Below are positions 47,509 through 58,282 of a stretch of DNA of 64,000 bases, piece after piece; position 1 is the first letter of the stretch; every line of letters begins with the position of its first letter. The stretch is taken from the NCBI GenBank assembly GCA_963675525.2, contig CAXXSL010000013.1, positions 224,001-288,000 of the forward strand. The letters run 5' to 3'. This DNA is from Anaerohalosphaeraceae bacterium. Its GTDB lineage: Bacteria; Planctomycetota; Phycisphaerae; Sedimentisphaerales; Anaerohalosphaeraceae. The translations under genes and the position numbers were made by a program. The notes beneath the pieces are model-generated. The model saw only the letters and a program-made list of their open reading frames with translations. It searched no databases and had not been told where the DNA came from.

Positions 47509-48360
47509 ATGTCGAAACCTAAAGTTATTCTTTTTTGCAACCCGAACCGGCCAAATGCTTCCGAGGCGGTTGATCAATTTCTCGATTTCGCGGGAAATAA
47601 GGTGGACATTCTGGCCAACTGCATTGAAACCGGGTGCGACCTGAATGATCTGCGTCAGGCGGATTATGCCGTGGTCTTCGGCGGTGACGGAACCATTCTG
47701 GGGGCCGCCCGTCAGCTTTGCCAGTCCAAAGTCCCGGTGATCGGGGTCAATGTCGGCAAACTCGGCTACCTGGCGGAATTCAGTATTCAAGAACTCCAAC
47801 AGCAGTTTGAACGTATATTTTCAGGCGATGTATTCATTGAAAAAAGAATGATCATGGATTGTGCGGTCCGCCGCGGCGAAGAGGTCGTGTTTCGTTCTAC
47901 CGCCGTCAACGATGCGGTAATTACCGCCGGCACTCCGTTTAACATGATCGAAATGAAGCTGGCGGTCCAGAAACAAAAACTGGCGGTTTGCATCGGTGAC
48001 GGGATTATTATTTCGACACCGACCGGCTCAACTGCTTACAATTTGTCTGCCGGGGGGCCGATTGTATCGGCGAATTTGTCGGCGATGGTGATTACGCCCA
48101 TCTGCCCGCATTCGCTCAGCTTTCGCCCGATCGTGATTAACGCCGACAGTAAGTTGACCATTGAGATGATTCGAATGAATGAACAGACAACCCTCTTGCT
48201 GGATGGACAGGTGCAAGCTGAGCTTCACTGCGACGATATCATTGAAATACAAAAACATGACGGGCAGTTTCGGGTGGTTAATAATCCCATGCGGACACAA
48301 TGGGAAACATTAGCCGGTAAGCTGAACTGGGCCGGAAAACCTCGTTACGGTAAGAAATAA
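47509..48360 (+). CDS. nadK: NAD kinase
   Basis: GGDGTIL, GVNVGKLGYL, DGIIISTPTGSTAYNLSAGGP. Confidence 0.95.
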   Translation: MSKPKVILFCNPNRPNASEAVDQFLDFAGNKVDILANCIETGCDLNDLRQADYAVVFGGDGTILGAARQLCQSKVPVIGVNVGKLGYLAEFSIQELQQQFERIFSGDVFIEKRMIMDCAVRRGEEVVFRSTAVNDAVITAGTPFNMIEMKLAVQKQKLAVCIGDGIIISTPTGSTAYNLSAGGPIVSANLSAMVITPICPHSLSFRPIVINADSKLTIEMIRMNEQTTLLLDGQVQAELHCDDIIEIQKHDGQFRVVNNPMRTQWETLAGKLNWAGKPRYGKK

Positions 48361-48417
48361 TAAAAATTAACCTCAAACCGGTTTTGGCCGGTTTGACTTT
48401 CTTGAAGACAAGGAATC

Positions 48418-49836
48418 ATGCAACTTAACAAGAAAATCCTGATCGTGCTTCTTACACTCGTGTCGGCCACTGCCGTTTATGGTGCACCTGAGAACCCCAA
48501 CGTCAACAGTTCATTCAAGTCGAATACGACCGTTCCGAGCGAAGGGCAGCGGCAGCGGCTTTTAACTTCGTCCGGTCAATCTATAGCCACCGGCAATGAT
48601 GTCGTCACCGGCAACGTCGGGGGACTGGGGTATTTTCACGGCGTTGTTCCCTACGGTTCGAGTTATTACTCGGCCGCCAATTTAAGTGATTCCGGCAGCC
48701 GCAATGTTACCTCTTTCCTGCGGCGGTCAACCAACCCGATCATCTCCGACCGTAACCCGAGTCAACGTCAATCATTTTTTCAGCCGCAGCAAACCGTTTC
48801 TTCTTACGGCCGGACCAGCCAGCCGCCGGCCAGTTCATCCCTGTCGTCAATGACTGGACAGACAGCCTCCCGTTCGTCCGCCCTAACTAATTTGCCCTAC
48901 ATATCCATAGCGGACCAACAGCATCGCCCCTTATCAAGCAACAGTCAGGAACTGGAACAGATTATATCCCGGCAGCTTCTATTGAAACAGGCCGCAGAGG
49001 ACAGTGCCGGCAAGGAACTGCTGAAGGAAAAAAGTGTATTTAAAAACTTTTTTGAAACCGTTTTAGAACCCCAGAGACCCGAGGCAGACAAGGAAAAGGA
49101 AGCGACATACCCAGAGCAAGAACCGCTAAATCAGGAAAAGCAGTCATTGAAAAATCTCCAACAAGGGCTTGAGCAGGCTATCCTTGATAACGATCCCCTC
49201 AACGCCCCCGATCAATCCGAAAAACCGGACAATACGCAATCGGAAAATGATTCACAGCCATTGGATCAGACGCCGCCGGACAGCTTGGATATGGCGGCAA
49301 AGATCGCACTCCATGATGAAGCAGAATATATCCGCGGAGAGCACAAGACATACAAAAGCCTGGCGGACGAAAAATTTTCCGATTTCATGAAAGCTGCCGA
49401 AGAATTTGTTCGAGAAGGCAAGTTTTATAAAGCCGCCGATACCTATTCGCTGGCTGTACTCTGGAAACCGGAAGATGCCAGAGCTTATGCGGGACAATCC
49501 TTTGCTCTGTTCGCAGCGGGCGAATATATGAGCAGTGCTTACTATCTGAGCCGGGCGACTGAGATCGATCCGACACTGGTCGCCAAAAAATATGATCTGG
49601 CGGCGCTGATCGGAAACCGTGACGTTTTTGAAAACCGTATGATCGAGATAACCACGTGGCAGCAGCGCAGCGATTCAGGCGAACTGGCTTTCCTGATGGC
49701 TTATGTTTTTTACCACGAAGGGAAAATTCAACAAGCCTCAGCGGCAATCAGGAAAGCGGAAGAAAAAATGCCGAATAGCAAAGCAACATTAATTCTGAAG
49801 CGCGTTATCATCCCGGAAACCAATACACAACCATAA
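48418..49836 (+). CDS. Secreted protein with low-complexity N-terminus and C-terminal TPR-like helices
   Basis: Signal peptide; S/Q-rich region; GKFYKAADTY...PEDARAYAG...AGEYMSSAYYLSRA. Confidence 0.7.
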   Translation: MQLNKKILIVLLTLVSATAVYGAPENPNVNSSFKSNTTVPSEGQRQRLLTSSGQSIATGNDVVTGNVGGLGYFHGVVPYGSSYYSAANLSDSGSRNVTSFLRRSTNPIISDRNPSQRQSFFQPQQTVSSYGRTSQPPASSSLSSMTGQTASRSSALTNLPYISIADQQHRPLSSNSQELEQIISRQLLLKQAAEDSAGKELLKEKSVFKNFFETVLEPQRPEADKEKEATYPEQEPLNQEKQSLKNLQQGLEQAILDNDPLNAPDQSEKPDNTQSENDSQPLDQTPPDSLDMAAKIALHDEAEYIRGEHKTYKSLADEKFSDFMKAAEEFVREGKFYKAADTYSLAVLWKPEDARAYAGQSFALFAAGEYMSSAYYLSRATEIDPTLVAKKYDLAALIGNRDVFENRMIEITTWQQRSDSGELAFLMAYVFYHEGKIQQASAAIRKAEEKMPNSKATLILKRVIIPETNTQP

Positions 49837-49846
49837 GGAGCATGGG

Positions 49847-51832
49847 GTGATCGCATTTACGGGGCAGGAAGGACTGGATGCCGATAAACTGCTGGGGCCG
49901 GAGGGACTCATCGCGGCTGAATGGCCTGATTTTGAATCCCGCCCGGAACAGCTTGAGATGGCCCGTTCGGTACAACAGGCTATGCACAACGGCTGCCATC
50001 TGGCGGTGGAAGCAGGCACGGGCATCGGTAAAAGTTTTGCCTATCTGGCAGGCGCCATTGACCAGGCATTACAGTGTCACGGTAAAGTCTTGATCAGCAC
50101 CTATACGATCAATCTGCAGGAACAGCTCATTCAGAAAGACATCCCTTTTCTCCAGCAGATTCTTCCGGCAGGCTTTACGGCCCGGCTGGCCAAAGGACGC
50201 AACCATTATTTATGCAAACGCCGCCTGGAGTATGCCCTGAAACGCCAGGGGAACCTGTTTGAGGATGACGGTTCGGCACTGGTCGTCATTGCCGACTGGG
50301 CAAAAACGACCACCGATGGGTCAACGGGTGATCTTCCCATCAGTCCCCCGGCCGAAGTCTGGCAGGCGGTTCAAAGCGAACACGGTAACTGCAAAGGGCG
50401 TAAATGTCCCTATTTCTCACACTGTTTTTACTGGCGGGCACGACGGAAACTGGAAAGCGCTGATATCATCGTCGCCAATCACGCCCTGTTTTTCAGCGAT
50501 CTGGAACTCAAAGCAGGTGGTGCAGGCGTTCTGCCAGACTATCGGTTTGTGATTATCGACGAAGCACACAATATCGAACATGTCGCCGAAGATCATTTCG
50601 GCATCCGTGTCAGCCAATCCAGAATGATCTACCTGCTGAACCGGTTGTACCACCCCAAAAAACGCAAGGGTCTGCTGGCTTTCCTGAAAAACGCCGGCGA
50701 CGCCCAGCAGCTTGTCAAAAAAAGCCATCAGGCCGTACAGCTCTTTTTCGCGCAGGTACAGGCCTGGTATGCACATGCCGGCCAAGAACATAACGGACGC
50801 TGTGATGTGGAATTTGTTGAAGACAATGTCACCTCTATTCTCAAAAATCTTCGCTCCTGTCTGTCAAAAATGGCCAAAGAGGTTATGGATGAGGATGAAC
50901 AGTTTGAACTGCTTCAATATACCGACCAGCTTGAAGGGTTGGAGTCGGATATTCGAGACTTTTTGTTTCAGCGTAAAGAAGGTTGTGTGTACTGGGTTGA
51001 AATCGAACGCAATCGGCACAAAAAAATTCTGCTTCGATGCGCTCCGCTGGATGTGGGTCCATATTTGAAAGAGCGTTTGTTTGATGCATATCCATCTGTC
51101 GTGCTGACCAGCGCGACCCTGAGTTGCGGCGGTAAACAAGAAGAAGGGTTTTCATTCTTTGCCGGACGAGTCGGACTGGAACAGTTCCAGGCTCTTCAAC
51201 TGGGGTCACCTTTTAACTATGAACAGCAGGTCAAGATGTACATCGAAGCGGACTTGCCGGAGCCGAACTCACGGGACTTTGCGGAAGCCGCTTGTCAAGC
51301 GATCAAAAAATACCTTCTCAAAAGCCGCGGCCGAGCATTTGTCCTGTTTACCAGTTATGCCATGCTTAAAGAAACCGCCAAACGACTGGAAGAGTGGTTG
51401 GGCGAGCAGGAGATGGAATTGCTGGTACAGGGAGGCGAACTGGACCGTTCGAAAATGTTAGCTTATTTTAAGCAGGATCATCGCAGTGTCCTGTTCGGAA
51501 CCGATAGCTTCTGGCAAGGCGTGGATGTGCCGGGTGAAAGCCTGTCCAATGTCATCATTGTCAAACTGCCGTTTGCGGTACCGAACCATCCGCTGGTTCA
51601 GGGACGCATCGAATTACTGAAGGAACGGGGGGAAAATCCGTTTTTCAGTTATCAACTGCCGATGGCGATTATCAAGTTCAAACAGGGCTTTGGCCGGCTC
51701 ATTCGCACCAAGAGCGACTCGGGCATGGTGGTGGTTCTCGACAGCCGGATCGTGCGAAAGATGTACGGACGGAAATTCATCGAAGCAATCCCTAAGTGTC
51801 ATATTGAAATCAGAACTGACACTGATTGCTGA
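49847..51832 (+). CDS. DinG/YoaA-family ATP-dependent DNA helicase
   Basis: VEAGTGIGKS, Fe-S cysteines, IIDEAHN, LTSATL, FWQGVDVPG, QGFGRLIR. Confidence 0.93.
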   Translation: MIAFTGQEGLDADKLLGPEGLIAAEWPDFESRPEQLEMARSVQQAMHNGCHLAVEAGTGIGKSFAYLAGAIDQALQCHGKVLISTYTINLQEQLIQKDIPFLQQILPAGFTARLAKGRNHYLCKRRLEYALKRQGNLFEDDGSALVVIADWAKTTTDGSTGDLPISPPAEVWQAVQSEHGNCKGRKCPYFSHCFYWRARRKLESADIIVANHALFFSDLELKAGGAGVLPDYRFVIIDEAHNIEHVAEDHFGIRVSQSRMIYLLNRLYHPKKRKGLLAFLKNAGDAQQLVKKSHQAVQLFFAQVQAWYAHAGQEHNGRCDVEFVEDNVTSILKNLRSCLSKMAKEVMDEDEQFELLQYTDQLEGLESDIRDFLFQRKEGCVYWVEIERNRHKKILLRCAPLDVGPYLKERLFDAYPSVVLTSATLSCGGKQEEGFSFFAGRVGLEQFQALQLGSPFNYEQQVKMYIEADLPEPNSRDFAEAACQAIKKYLLKSRGRAFVLFTSYAMLKETAKRLEEWLGEQEMELLVQGGELDRSKMLAYFKQDHRSVLFGTDSFWQGVDVPGESLSNVIIVKLPFAVPNHPLVQGRIELLKERGENPFFSYQLPMAIIKFKQGFGRLIRTKSDSGMVVVLDSRIVRKMYGRKFIEAIPKCHIEIRTDTDC

Positions 51833-52220
51833 AATATACCTAGGTAAATTTCCGGAGCCGTTATTAGATTTTTAATGCAAAATCAAGCCGCAGTGCTCTT
51901 TTTTTAGCCCGATAAAAAAGCTGACAATTGCAAGCTCACTCTTTCGCCTGGAAATTTAGACCAATTACCTCAATTAAACACACAATTATCACGACTATGA
52001 AAAAAGCCGAATATTTGGCATAACTGCCATTAAGTTGTGGAAAAATCGTGACGAAAATACTGCAAAGACACCTGATATTCCAGTTGTTGTCTAATAAAAG
52101 TAAGACAGAAGACCGGATTTTATGCTCTTATGATGAACTTTAACGCAAGAAAAATTGCCGCCAAGACTTTCCGGCAGTCAGGTTCTAATTAATATAGGGA
52201 TTTTAATTTTTACAGAACGC

Positions 52221-52943
52221 ATGAAGCTGAAAATGAATAACACAATATTGAGTTTGTGGATGCGTCGAACAGAGACGGCCATCATGGTATGGCTGTTTAT
52301 TCTGTGTTTGCTAATAGCCCCGCTAAAACCAATCGCCATGTCTAAGGAAATTCCCCTTGCGTCGGCAAATTCACAAACCACACCCAAAACCGATAAAGAA
52401 ATAGAGTATGACGTCAAAGCCGCATTCATATATAATTTCATGAAATTCGTCGAATGGCCGGAAAAAGACCAAACCGAAGAAAGCCAGCAGTCGGATCAAT
52501 TGCCGCCGATGATCATCGGTGTTCTGGGGAACAACCCCTTTGGGAACGCGTTTCTCCCTATCATTGGAAAAGATATTCAAGGCCGAAAAATCTATTTTGT
52601 GGAGATTGACAGCTACAGTGCATTTTATGAATACTCGAGGAATCAAGCCAATGCTTGGAATGAATATCGGGAACAATATCAGGAAATCATCCGGAAATGT
52701 GATGTGCTTTTCATCTGCGATTCCGAGAAAAAATATACCGCCAATCTACTTTCCCTGACAAGCGGAAATACGATATTAACCATCAGTGATATTCCGCAAT
52801 TCGCAGAGAACAAGGGCATGGTCGGCTTTGTCAAAGATAATAACAAGATACGTTTTGATGTCAATTTCAATAATGCAAACAAAGAGAATATTAAAATCCG
52901 AGCTCAGCTTTTAAAGCTGGCTAGAACCGTCTATCGAAAATAA
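52221..52943 (+). CDS. YfiR-family (DUF4154) periplasmic protein
   Basis: [38 protein letters not shown]; start codon uncertain. Confidence 0.85.
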   Translation: MKLKMNNTILSLWMRRTETAIMVWLFILCLLIAPLKPIAMSKEIPLASANSQTTPKTDKEIEYDVKAAFIYNFMKFVEWPEKDQTEESQQSDQLPPMIIGVLGNNPFGNAFLPIIGKDIQGRKIYFVEIDSYSAFYEYSRNQANAWNEYREQYQEIIRKCDVLFICDSEKKYTANLLSLTSGNTILTISDIPQFAENKGMVGFVKDNNKIRFDVNFNNANKENIKIRAQLLKLARTVYRK

Positions 52944-52986
52944 AAGTGACCGATGGTGTCTATTGCTAAAATACGGGAGCAAGATC

Positions 52987-55008
52987 ATGAAACTATTTGC
53001 GGTTAATACGATACGTAAAAAACTTATCCTTGTGATCATGAGCATTTGCCTGGCGGCTTTGGTCGTTTCAGGGATCGCCTTCAGTCTCTGGAGCCACTTT
53101 TCTTTTCGGGAGAACATGATACGGGATCTTCAGGTACAGGCCGAGATGACCGCAAAAAACTGCTCCGCATCCCTGCTTTTCGATGACCCTAAAAGTGCCG
53201 AAGAAACCCTCAAGTCCTATGTTGCCGAACCGTCCATCCTCAACTGCTGTATTTATAACGCCGAGAAGCAGCATTTTGCGAGCTATTTTCGCGATGGTTA
53301 CTCGAAACATCTTGACACTAAACCGCAATCTTCCGGCCATGTGTTTAATGGAAACCGTTTGATCATCTTTGCTCCGATCGTGCTGGAGGAAGAACAAGTT
53401 GGAACAGTTGCTCTGGTATCTGATCTGGAACCATTGAGAACGAATTTCAGAAGCAACAGCCTGATCGTTCTGGCGATTATGGTCATGGCCTCTTTGGCCG
53501 GGTATTTGCTGGCTGCCCGCCTACAGCAGATCATTTCCAAACCGATTCTTTCACTGGCTGGTCTTTCGACTCATGTCTATCAGAAACGGGACTATTCACA
53601 GCGGGCCGAGAAAATGTCGAATGATGAAATCGGCACCTTAATCGACGCCTTCAATCTGATGCTCGATGAAATCCAGCAGGAAATGGAAGAACGTGTCAAG
53701 GCGCAAATGGAACTCATGAAGCATCGTGACCACCTCGAAGAAACCGTGAATGAACGAACCTCCGAATTAAAATCGACCAACCGGCAGTTAGAGTTGACTG
53801 TTGAAAGAGCAAATCTCATGGCCAAACAGGCCAATGAAGCCAACAAGGCCAAGAGTGAGTTTCTTGCGAATATGAGTCATGAAATACGAACGCCGATGAA
53901 TGCCATCATCGGATTCAGCGAATTGCTGGGCGAAGAAGACCTGACCCAACAACAGCGAACCTTCCTGAATACTGTTCTTGCCAGCGGTAAAAGTCTGCTC
54001 CAACTCATTAACGATATTCTTGACTTCTCCAAAATCGAGGCCGGCCGGCTTCAGACTGAAGTCATCGAATGCAATACCCAGCAATTCCTTGGGGACGTCA
54101 ATTCTTTTCTGCGTCCTCTGGCTCTGGAAAAAAGTTTAAAATTCGATATTTTACAATGCGGTGAACTGCCGTCGATCTTTTACACCGACCCGGTTCGCGT
54201 CCGGCAGTGCCTTGTTAATCTTGTTGGCAATGCCATTAAGTTTACCAAGAAAGGTCATGTATATATCAATGTTTCAACGGAACAGCATCACGGCAAGGAT
54301 TATATGCGTTTTGATATTGAAGATACGGGCATCGGGATTCCCGAAGAAAAACAGCGAACGATCTTCGAGGCCTTTACTCAGGCCGATGGCAGCACAACAC
54401 GAAAATTTGGCGGTACTGGTTTAGGACTTACCATTACCAAGCAGTTAACCGAACTGCTGGGCGGAACGATTTCGGTCAAGAGCAATATGGGCAAAGGATC
54501 TGTCTTTACAATCCTGCTGCCGGCCGGCGTTAAGCTGGATGAAACCGACTCGATCAATGCCTACAATATCATGAATGATTTGATGACGGAACCGGAAAAC
54601 ACCAAAGCATTCATTAAAGGCCGTACCGGGAAGATTCTGGTCGCCGAGGACGCCGAAGCCAATCAGGCCCTGATCCGCGTCCTTCTGGAACGTCTCGGGC
54701 ATGAAGTCGTCATCGCCGAAAACGGCAAAGACGCCGTTCAGGCCCTTGAAAATGACGAAAGCTTTGAACTGGTCTTCATGGATATGATGATGCCGGTGAT
54801 GAGCGGATACGACGCAACCAAAAAACTGCGAGCCAGAGGGTGTGATCTGCCGATCATCGCCCTGACGGCAAACGCCATGAAAGGCGATGACCAGAAATGT
54901 TATGAAGCCGGGTGTAATGAATATATCACCAAACCGATCGATCGGGATCGGCTTCAAGAGCTTCTGGATAAATATCTACAAGTACAGATAACATCCGCAA
55001 AGTCATAA
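52987..55008 (+). CDS. Hybrid sensor histidine kinase (CHASE8-like, HAMP, HisKA, HATPase, REC)
   Basis: [49 protein letters not shown]. Confidence 0.92.
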   Translation: MKLFAVNTIRKKLILVIMSICLAALVVSGIAFSLWSHFSFRENMIRDLQVQAEMTAKNCSASLLFDDPKSAEETLKSYVAEPSILNCCIYNAEKQHFASYFRDGYSKHLDTKPQSSGHVFNGNRLIIFAPIVLEEEQVGTVALVSDLEPLRTNFRSNSLIVLAIMVMASLAGYLLAARLQQIISKPILSLAGLSTHVYQKRDYSQRAEKMSNDEIGTLIDAFNLMLDEIQQEMEERVKAQMELMKHRDHLEETVNERTSELKSTNRQLELTVERANLMAKQANEANKAKSEFLANMSHEIRTPMNAIIGFSELLGEEDLTQQQRTFLNTVLASGKSLLQLINDILDFSKIEAGRLQTEVIECNTQQFLGDVNSFLRPLALEKSLKFDILQCGELPSIFYTDPVRVRQCLVNLVGNAIKFTKKGHVYINVSTEQHHGKDYMRFDIEDTGIGIPEEKQRTIFEAFTQADGSTTRKFGGTGLGLTITKQLTELLGGTISVKSNMGKGSVFTILLPAGVKLDETDSINAYNIMNDLMTEPENTKAFIKGRTGKILVAEDAEANQALIRVLLERLGHEVVIAENGKDAVQALENDESFELVFMDMMMPVMSGYDATKKLRARGCDLPIIALTANAMKGDDQKCYEAGCNEYITKPIDRDRLQELLDKYLQVQITSAKS

Positions 55009-55114
55009 AAAAACGTTCCTCGAATCATAAAAAGAGGATTTTCGATAGAAACGCCTCTTTTTTGCCTCTTAAAGTCTCGTTTCTTGATTTTTATAAAATT
55101 TTTTAAGTTTTAGA

Positions 55115-55152
55115 TTGACTATACATAGTATGCATTACATAATATGTATAGT
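55115..55152 (+). promoter_or_regulatory. padR promoter with overlapping inverted-repeat operator
   Basis: TTGACT-17nt-CATAAT; ACTATACATA (55118-55127) and TATGTATAGT (55143-55152). Confidence 0.65.
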
Positions 55153-55190
55153 AATTTATAAATGTTCAGTATTCTACAGGAGAACGGACC

Positions 55191-55535
55191 ATGAAATTCG
55201 AACGGGAACTGTTAAAAGGTGTGGCACCGGTCGTGGTGCTGGAAATTCTCAGCCGGGGTAAAATGTACGGCTACGAACTGTCCGAGACCCTTGAACAGCG
55301 AAGCAAAGGCATCTTAAGCCTTGGCCGGGGAACACTTTATCCCCTGCTGTACAACCTGGAGGCCAAGGGGCTAATCACAGCCGAATGGGAACAAAGCGAG
55401 AGTAAACGCAAACGCCGGTACTACTCCATCACCGACGACGGCAAAGACCAACTCGCCAAGCAAAAAGAACAATGGACCGCCCTCCAACAAGGCGTCAACC
55501 TCGTCTTCGGCATGGGCGGCCTGACACCAGCATAA
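55191..55535 (+). CDS. PadR-family transcriptional regulator
   Basis: LLKG, MYGYEL, GTLYPLL, RRYYSIT. Confidence 0.92.
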   Translation: MKFERELLKGVAPVVVLEILSRGKMYGYELSETLEQRSKGILSLGRGTLYPLLYNLEAKGLITAEWEQSESKRKRRYYSITDDGKDQLAKQKEQWTALQQGVNLVFGMGGLTPA

Positions 55536-55609
55536 AAACCGGGTGGCACGGTCAAACTGTGTTTGGGCGTGGGTTTAACGTATAGATCGTTGTTGACAGG
55601 AGCGAGATT

Positions 55610-57481
55610 ATGCAGATATTCATAAAAGTATTGAAGATCATTGAGGGGATTGTACTTGGGTTGATATTTAGTTTTCTAACCGTTGTATGCTTAGATGCAC
55701 TTCTGCCCAGTCGGAATCCTTTCGACAAAAACACGCTCAATCTTTGGTTTATTGGTCCGATTGTCGCTGGGTGGTTGTTTTTTATGTTGTGGTTGTTTTT
55801 GAGAGGGCCGTCAAAAAGGAACATCAAAACCAACAGCACTGAATCTTTGCCGGATTCTGCCTCTGAGCTTATTAACGCAATCATTGAATCCATGCGATTT
55901 CGCAGAAGCGACCGTGCCGAAGTCCGTCAGGAACTAACCGACCATTTCATCGATGCACTCTCACATTGTCGAGATGAACAGGAAAGAAAAAACAAAATCG
56001 CTGAACTGGTTGCCGAATTTGGGGATGTCAAACTGCTGGGCACCTTAATACGCCGGGGTAAAAAACGATGCCAGCCGTTGTGGCGAAAAGTGCTGACACA
56101 CACCCCCCATGCAATCGGCATCTCAATCCTGCTGCTGATCGTTTACATCGGCTGGTTCTTCACCGGCAAGCCCAAACCCAGCATCGATTACCTGGCAATC
56201 TGGAACGAGCAAATCCGCCCCACCGTAGCGGAAAGCGACAACGCCGAAACCTTCTATACAAAGGCATCCGAAATCTATGACGCCAACACGTTAATCGCCT
56301 GGCGGGATAAATACGAGAAACATTTTGACGATTCTCCAAGATCTTTATCTAAGCTTTCGGCCAAAGAAAAAGAAACCCTGAATAAGTGGCTCGATTCCAA
56401 TACCGAATCACTCGATCTGATCAGACAGGGAACACAAAAGCCTTATTACTGGCAATCTTATGCGACAGACCAAGAAGGTTCCACTGAACTGATAGCTATC
56501 CTCTTGCCTCACCTCTCAGATTTCAAAAACATTTCGGAACTACTCTGTTGGCAAGCTCTGGTCGATGCCGAACACGGCAACTTCCAACAGGCCTTCGATT
56601 CATGCATTACAACATACACATTCGGCACCCATATTCGAGGCCAACACAAAACACTCATCGAACAACTGGTCAGCATGGCGATCCAACGGATAACAAACGA
56701 CACCATTCGAATCATTCTGGATGAACACTTTGACAAAATGGATACTGCATTGCTTAACAATACAAAACTGCGCTTTGCACAACTCGTCGAAAAACAAAAT
56801 TTCACAATTGATTACTCAGGCGAAAGACTCTTTATGTACGATGAAGCCCAGCGTAGTTTCACACAATCCCGCTTTGGCAAAAGCCATCTATACCTTCCCA
56901 GGTTGTCAGAACTGGGAGGAGATCAGGATATTTATGAACAGGACGATATCATAAAAAACACTTTTTTCATTTTATTCACACATCCCGACAAGGAAGAAAC
57001 ACTGCAAACCATTGATAGATTTTGTAACACGATGGAAACCTTTGTGCATCAAACACCTGCAACCCGTCAGACAAACGAAAAAACGATTAATCAGATTATC
57101 GAAGAAATGATAGAGGAGAATGTCCTGCTGAATATTATGTTGCCTGCCTTGGGCAGGTGCATCGAATTATCCTTTAGAAATCACATTAATTCCCAATCAA
57201 CCATCGTCATTCTCTCGGCGTTACAGTATCACAAAACACATAACGAATACCCCGAATCTCTGCAAACACTCGTCGAATCAGGACACCTCAAAACAATCCC
57301 CATCGACCCGTTCAGCGATAAACCGCTTGTTTATCGAAAAACAGAGGACAGCTTTGTACTTTACTCCGTGGGAAGTAATTTCACCGATGATGGCGGCGCC
57401 TCGGGAACAGATGATAAGGGGAAACCTCGTCGATGGGGCAACCACGGCGACTGGATATTCTGGCCGGTCACTGATGACTGA
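55610..57481 (+). CDS. Membrane protein with HAAS-like domain and C-terminal pseudopilin-like motif
   Basis: EVRQELTDHF...EFGD (HAAS-like); YPESLQTLV...IPIDPFS...FVLYSVG...DDGG. Confidence 0.7.
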   Translation: MQIFIKVLKIIEGIVLGLIFSFLTVVCLDALLPSRNPFDKNTLNLWFIGPIVAGWLFFMLWLFLRGPSKRNIKTNSTESLPDSASELINAIIESMRFRRSDRAEVRQELTDHFIDALSHCRDEQERKNKIAELVAEFGDVKLLGTLIRRGKKRCQPLWRKVLTHTPHAIGISILLLIVYIGWFFTGKPKPSIDYLAIWNEQIRPTVAESDNAETFYTKASEIYDANTLIAWRDKYEKHFDDSPRSLSKLSAKEKETLNKWLDSNTESLDLIRQGTQKPYYWQSYATDQEGSTELIAILLPHLSDFKNISELLCWQALVDAEHGNFQQAFDSCITTYTFGTHIRGQHKTLIEQLVSMAIQRITNDTIRIILDEHFDKMDTALLNNTKLRFAQLVEKQNFTIDYSGERLFMYDEAQRSFTQSRFGKSHLYLPRLSELGGDQDIYEQDDIIKNTFFILFTHPDKEETLQTIDRFCNTMETFVHQTPATRQTNEKTINQIIEEMIEENVLLNIMLPALGRCIELSFRNHINSQSTIVILSALQYHKTHNEYPESLQTLVESGHLKTIPIDPFSDKPLVYRKTEDSFVLYSVGSNFTDDGGASGTDDKGKPRRWGNHGDWIFWPVTDD

Positions 57482-57494
57482 TAACCGGCAACTG

Positions 57495-57761
57495 TTACGG
57501 GTGGTCAAAGACTAATTTTTTCGATTCGACGCCCTCAATGGCATTCAGCTTACCCATCAACTCAGCGGCATTGGCATCGTCATCGGTCATTTCCAGCACA
57601 AGCAGCCCGTTGGGTGAGCAAAATCCTTTATCGGCTTCGTGCAGTCCAAGGCGGGTACGGATGCTGCAGCCGTATTCAGTCAGCAGATGCTGAACGGAAT
57701 CGACATGCTGGATGCGATCGGTAATGTGAACGCCCAGAATAATGTGTTTTGACAGCGGCAT
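57495..57761 (-). CDS. Small ACT-like protein (TM1266/iron-only hydrogenase regulator-like)
   Basis: VQHLLTEYGCSIRTRLGLHE. Confidence 0.7.
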   Translation of the reverse strand: MPLSKHIILGVHITDRIQHVDSVQHLLTEYGCSIRTRLGLHEADKGFCSPNGLLVLEMTDDDANAAELMGKLNAIEGVESKKLVFDHP

Positions 57762-57828
57762 AAAAACCTCCGTGAATAATATAAAGTTAGCATATCAAGA
57801 TTCTTAAATCTGCCCGCTACGGGCATTT

Positions 57829-58269
57829 TTACTTACGCAGCATCTCTTCGAGAATTTCGGCGGCGATACGGACAAATTCCGGGCAATCGTGAAACGCATC
57901 CGGCTGTTTGGACGCCAACTGCCCTTCTTCGGTTCTCATGTCGAAGCCCAGCAGTTCCCGACAAATAACCGAGCCGGTTTGAAGCCTGAACTCTTCGGCC
58001 AGTTCTCTGACTTTTCGATAATTCTGCATTTTGGCCGTTTTGTCAGAAGGATCCGCCGAGCCGTACTTTAAACCAAGCACCATAATGGCTCCCGTCAGGG
58101 ACCCGCACACCTCGCCGGTGCAGCCCAAACCCCCGCCAAAGCCGGAGGCAATGGTAAAGGCTGTTTTTTCATCCAGCCCGAATGATTCACAAAATGCTCC
58201 CAGAACAGCCTGTGAGCAGTTATACCCTTCACTAAACAATTTTACTGCCTTTTGGGCTTCATTCATCAT
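57829..58269 (-). CDS. C_GCAxxG_C_C family putative redox protein
   Basis: GYNCSQAV, GFGGG...VCGSLTGA, ICRELLG, terminal Cys. Confidence 0.88.
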   Translation of the reverse strand: MMNEAQKAVKLFSEGYNCSQAVLGAFCESFGLDEKTAFTIASGFGGGLGCTGEVCGSLTGAIMVLGLKYGSADPSDKTAKMQNYRKVRELAEEFRLQTGSVICRELLGFDMRTEEGQLASKQPDAFHDCPEFVRIAAEILEEMLRK

Positions 58270-58282
58270 ATTTCCCTTTACG

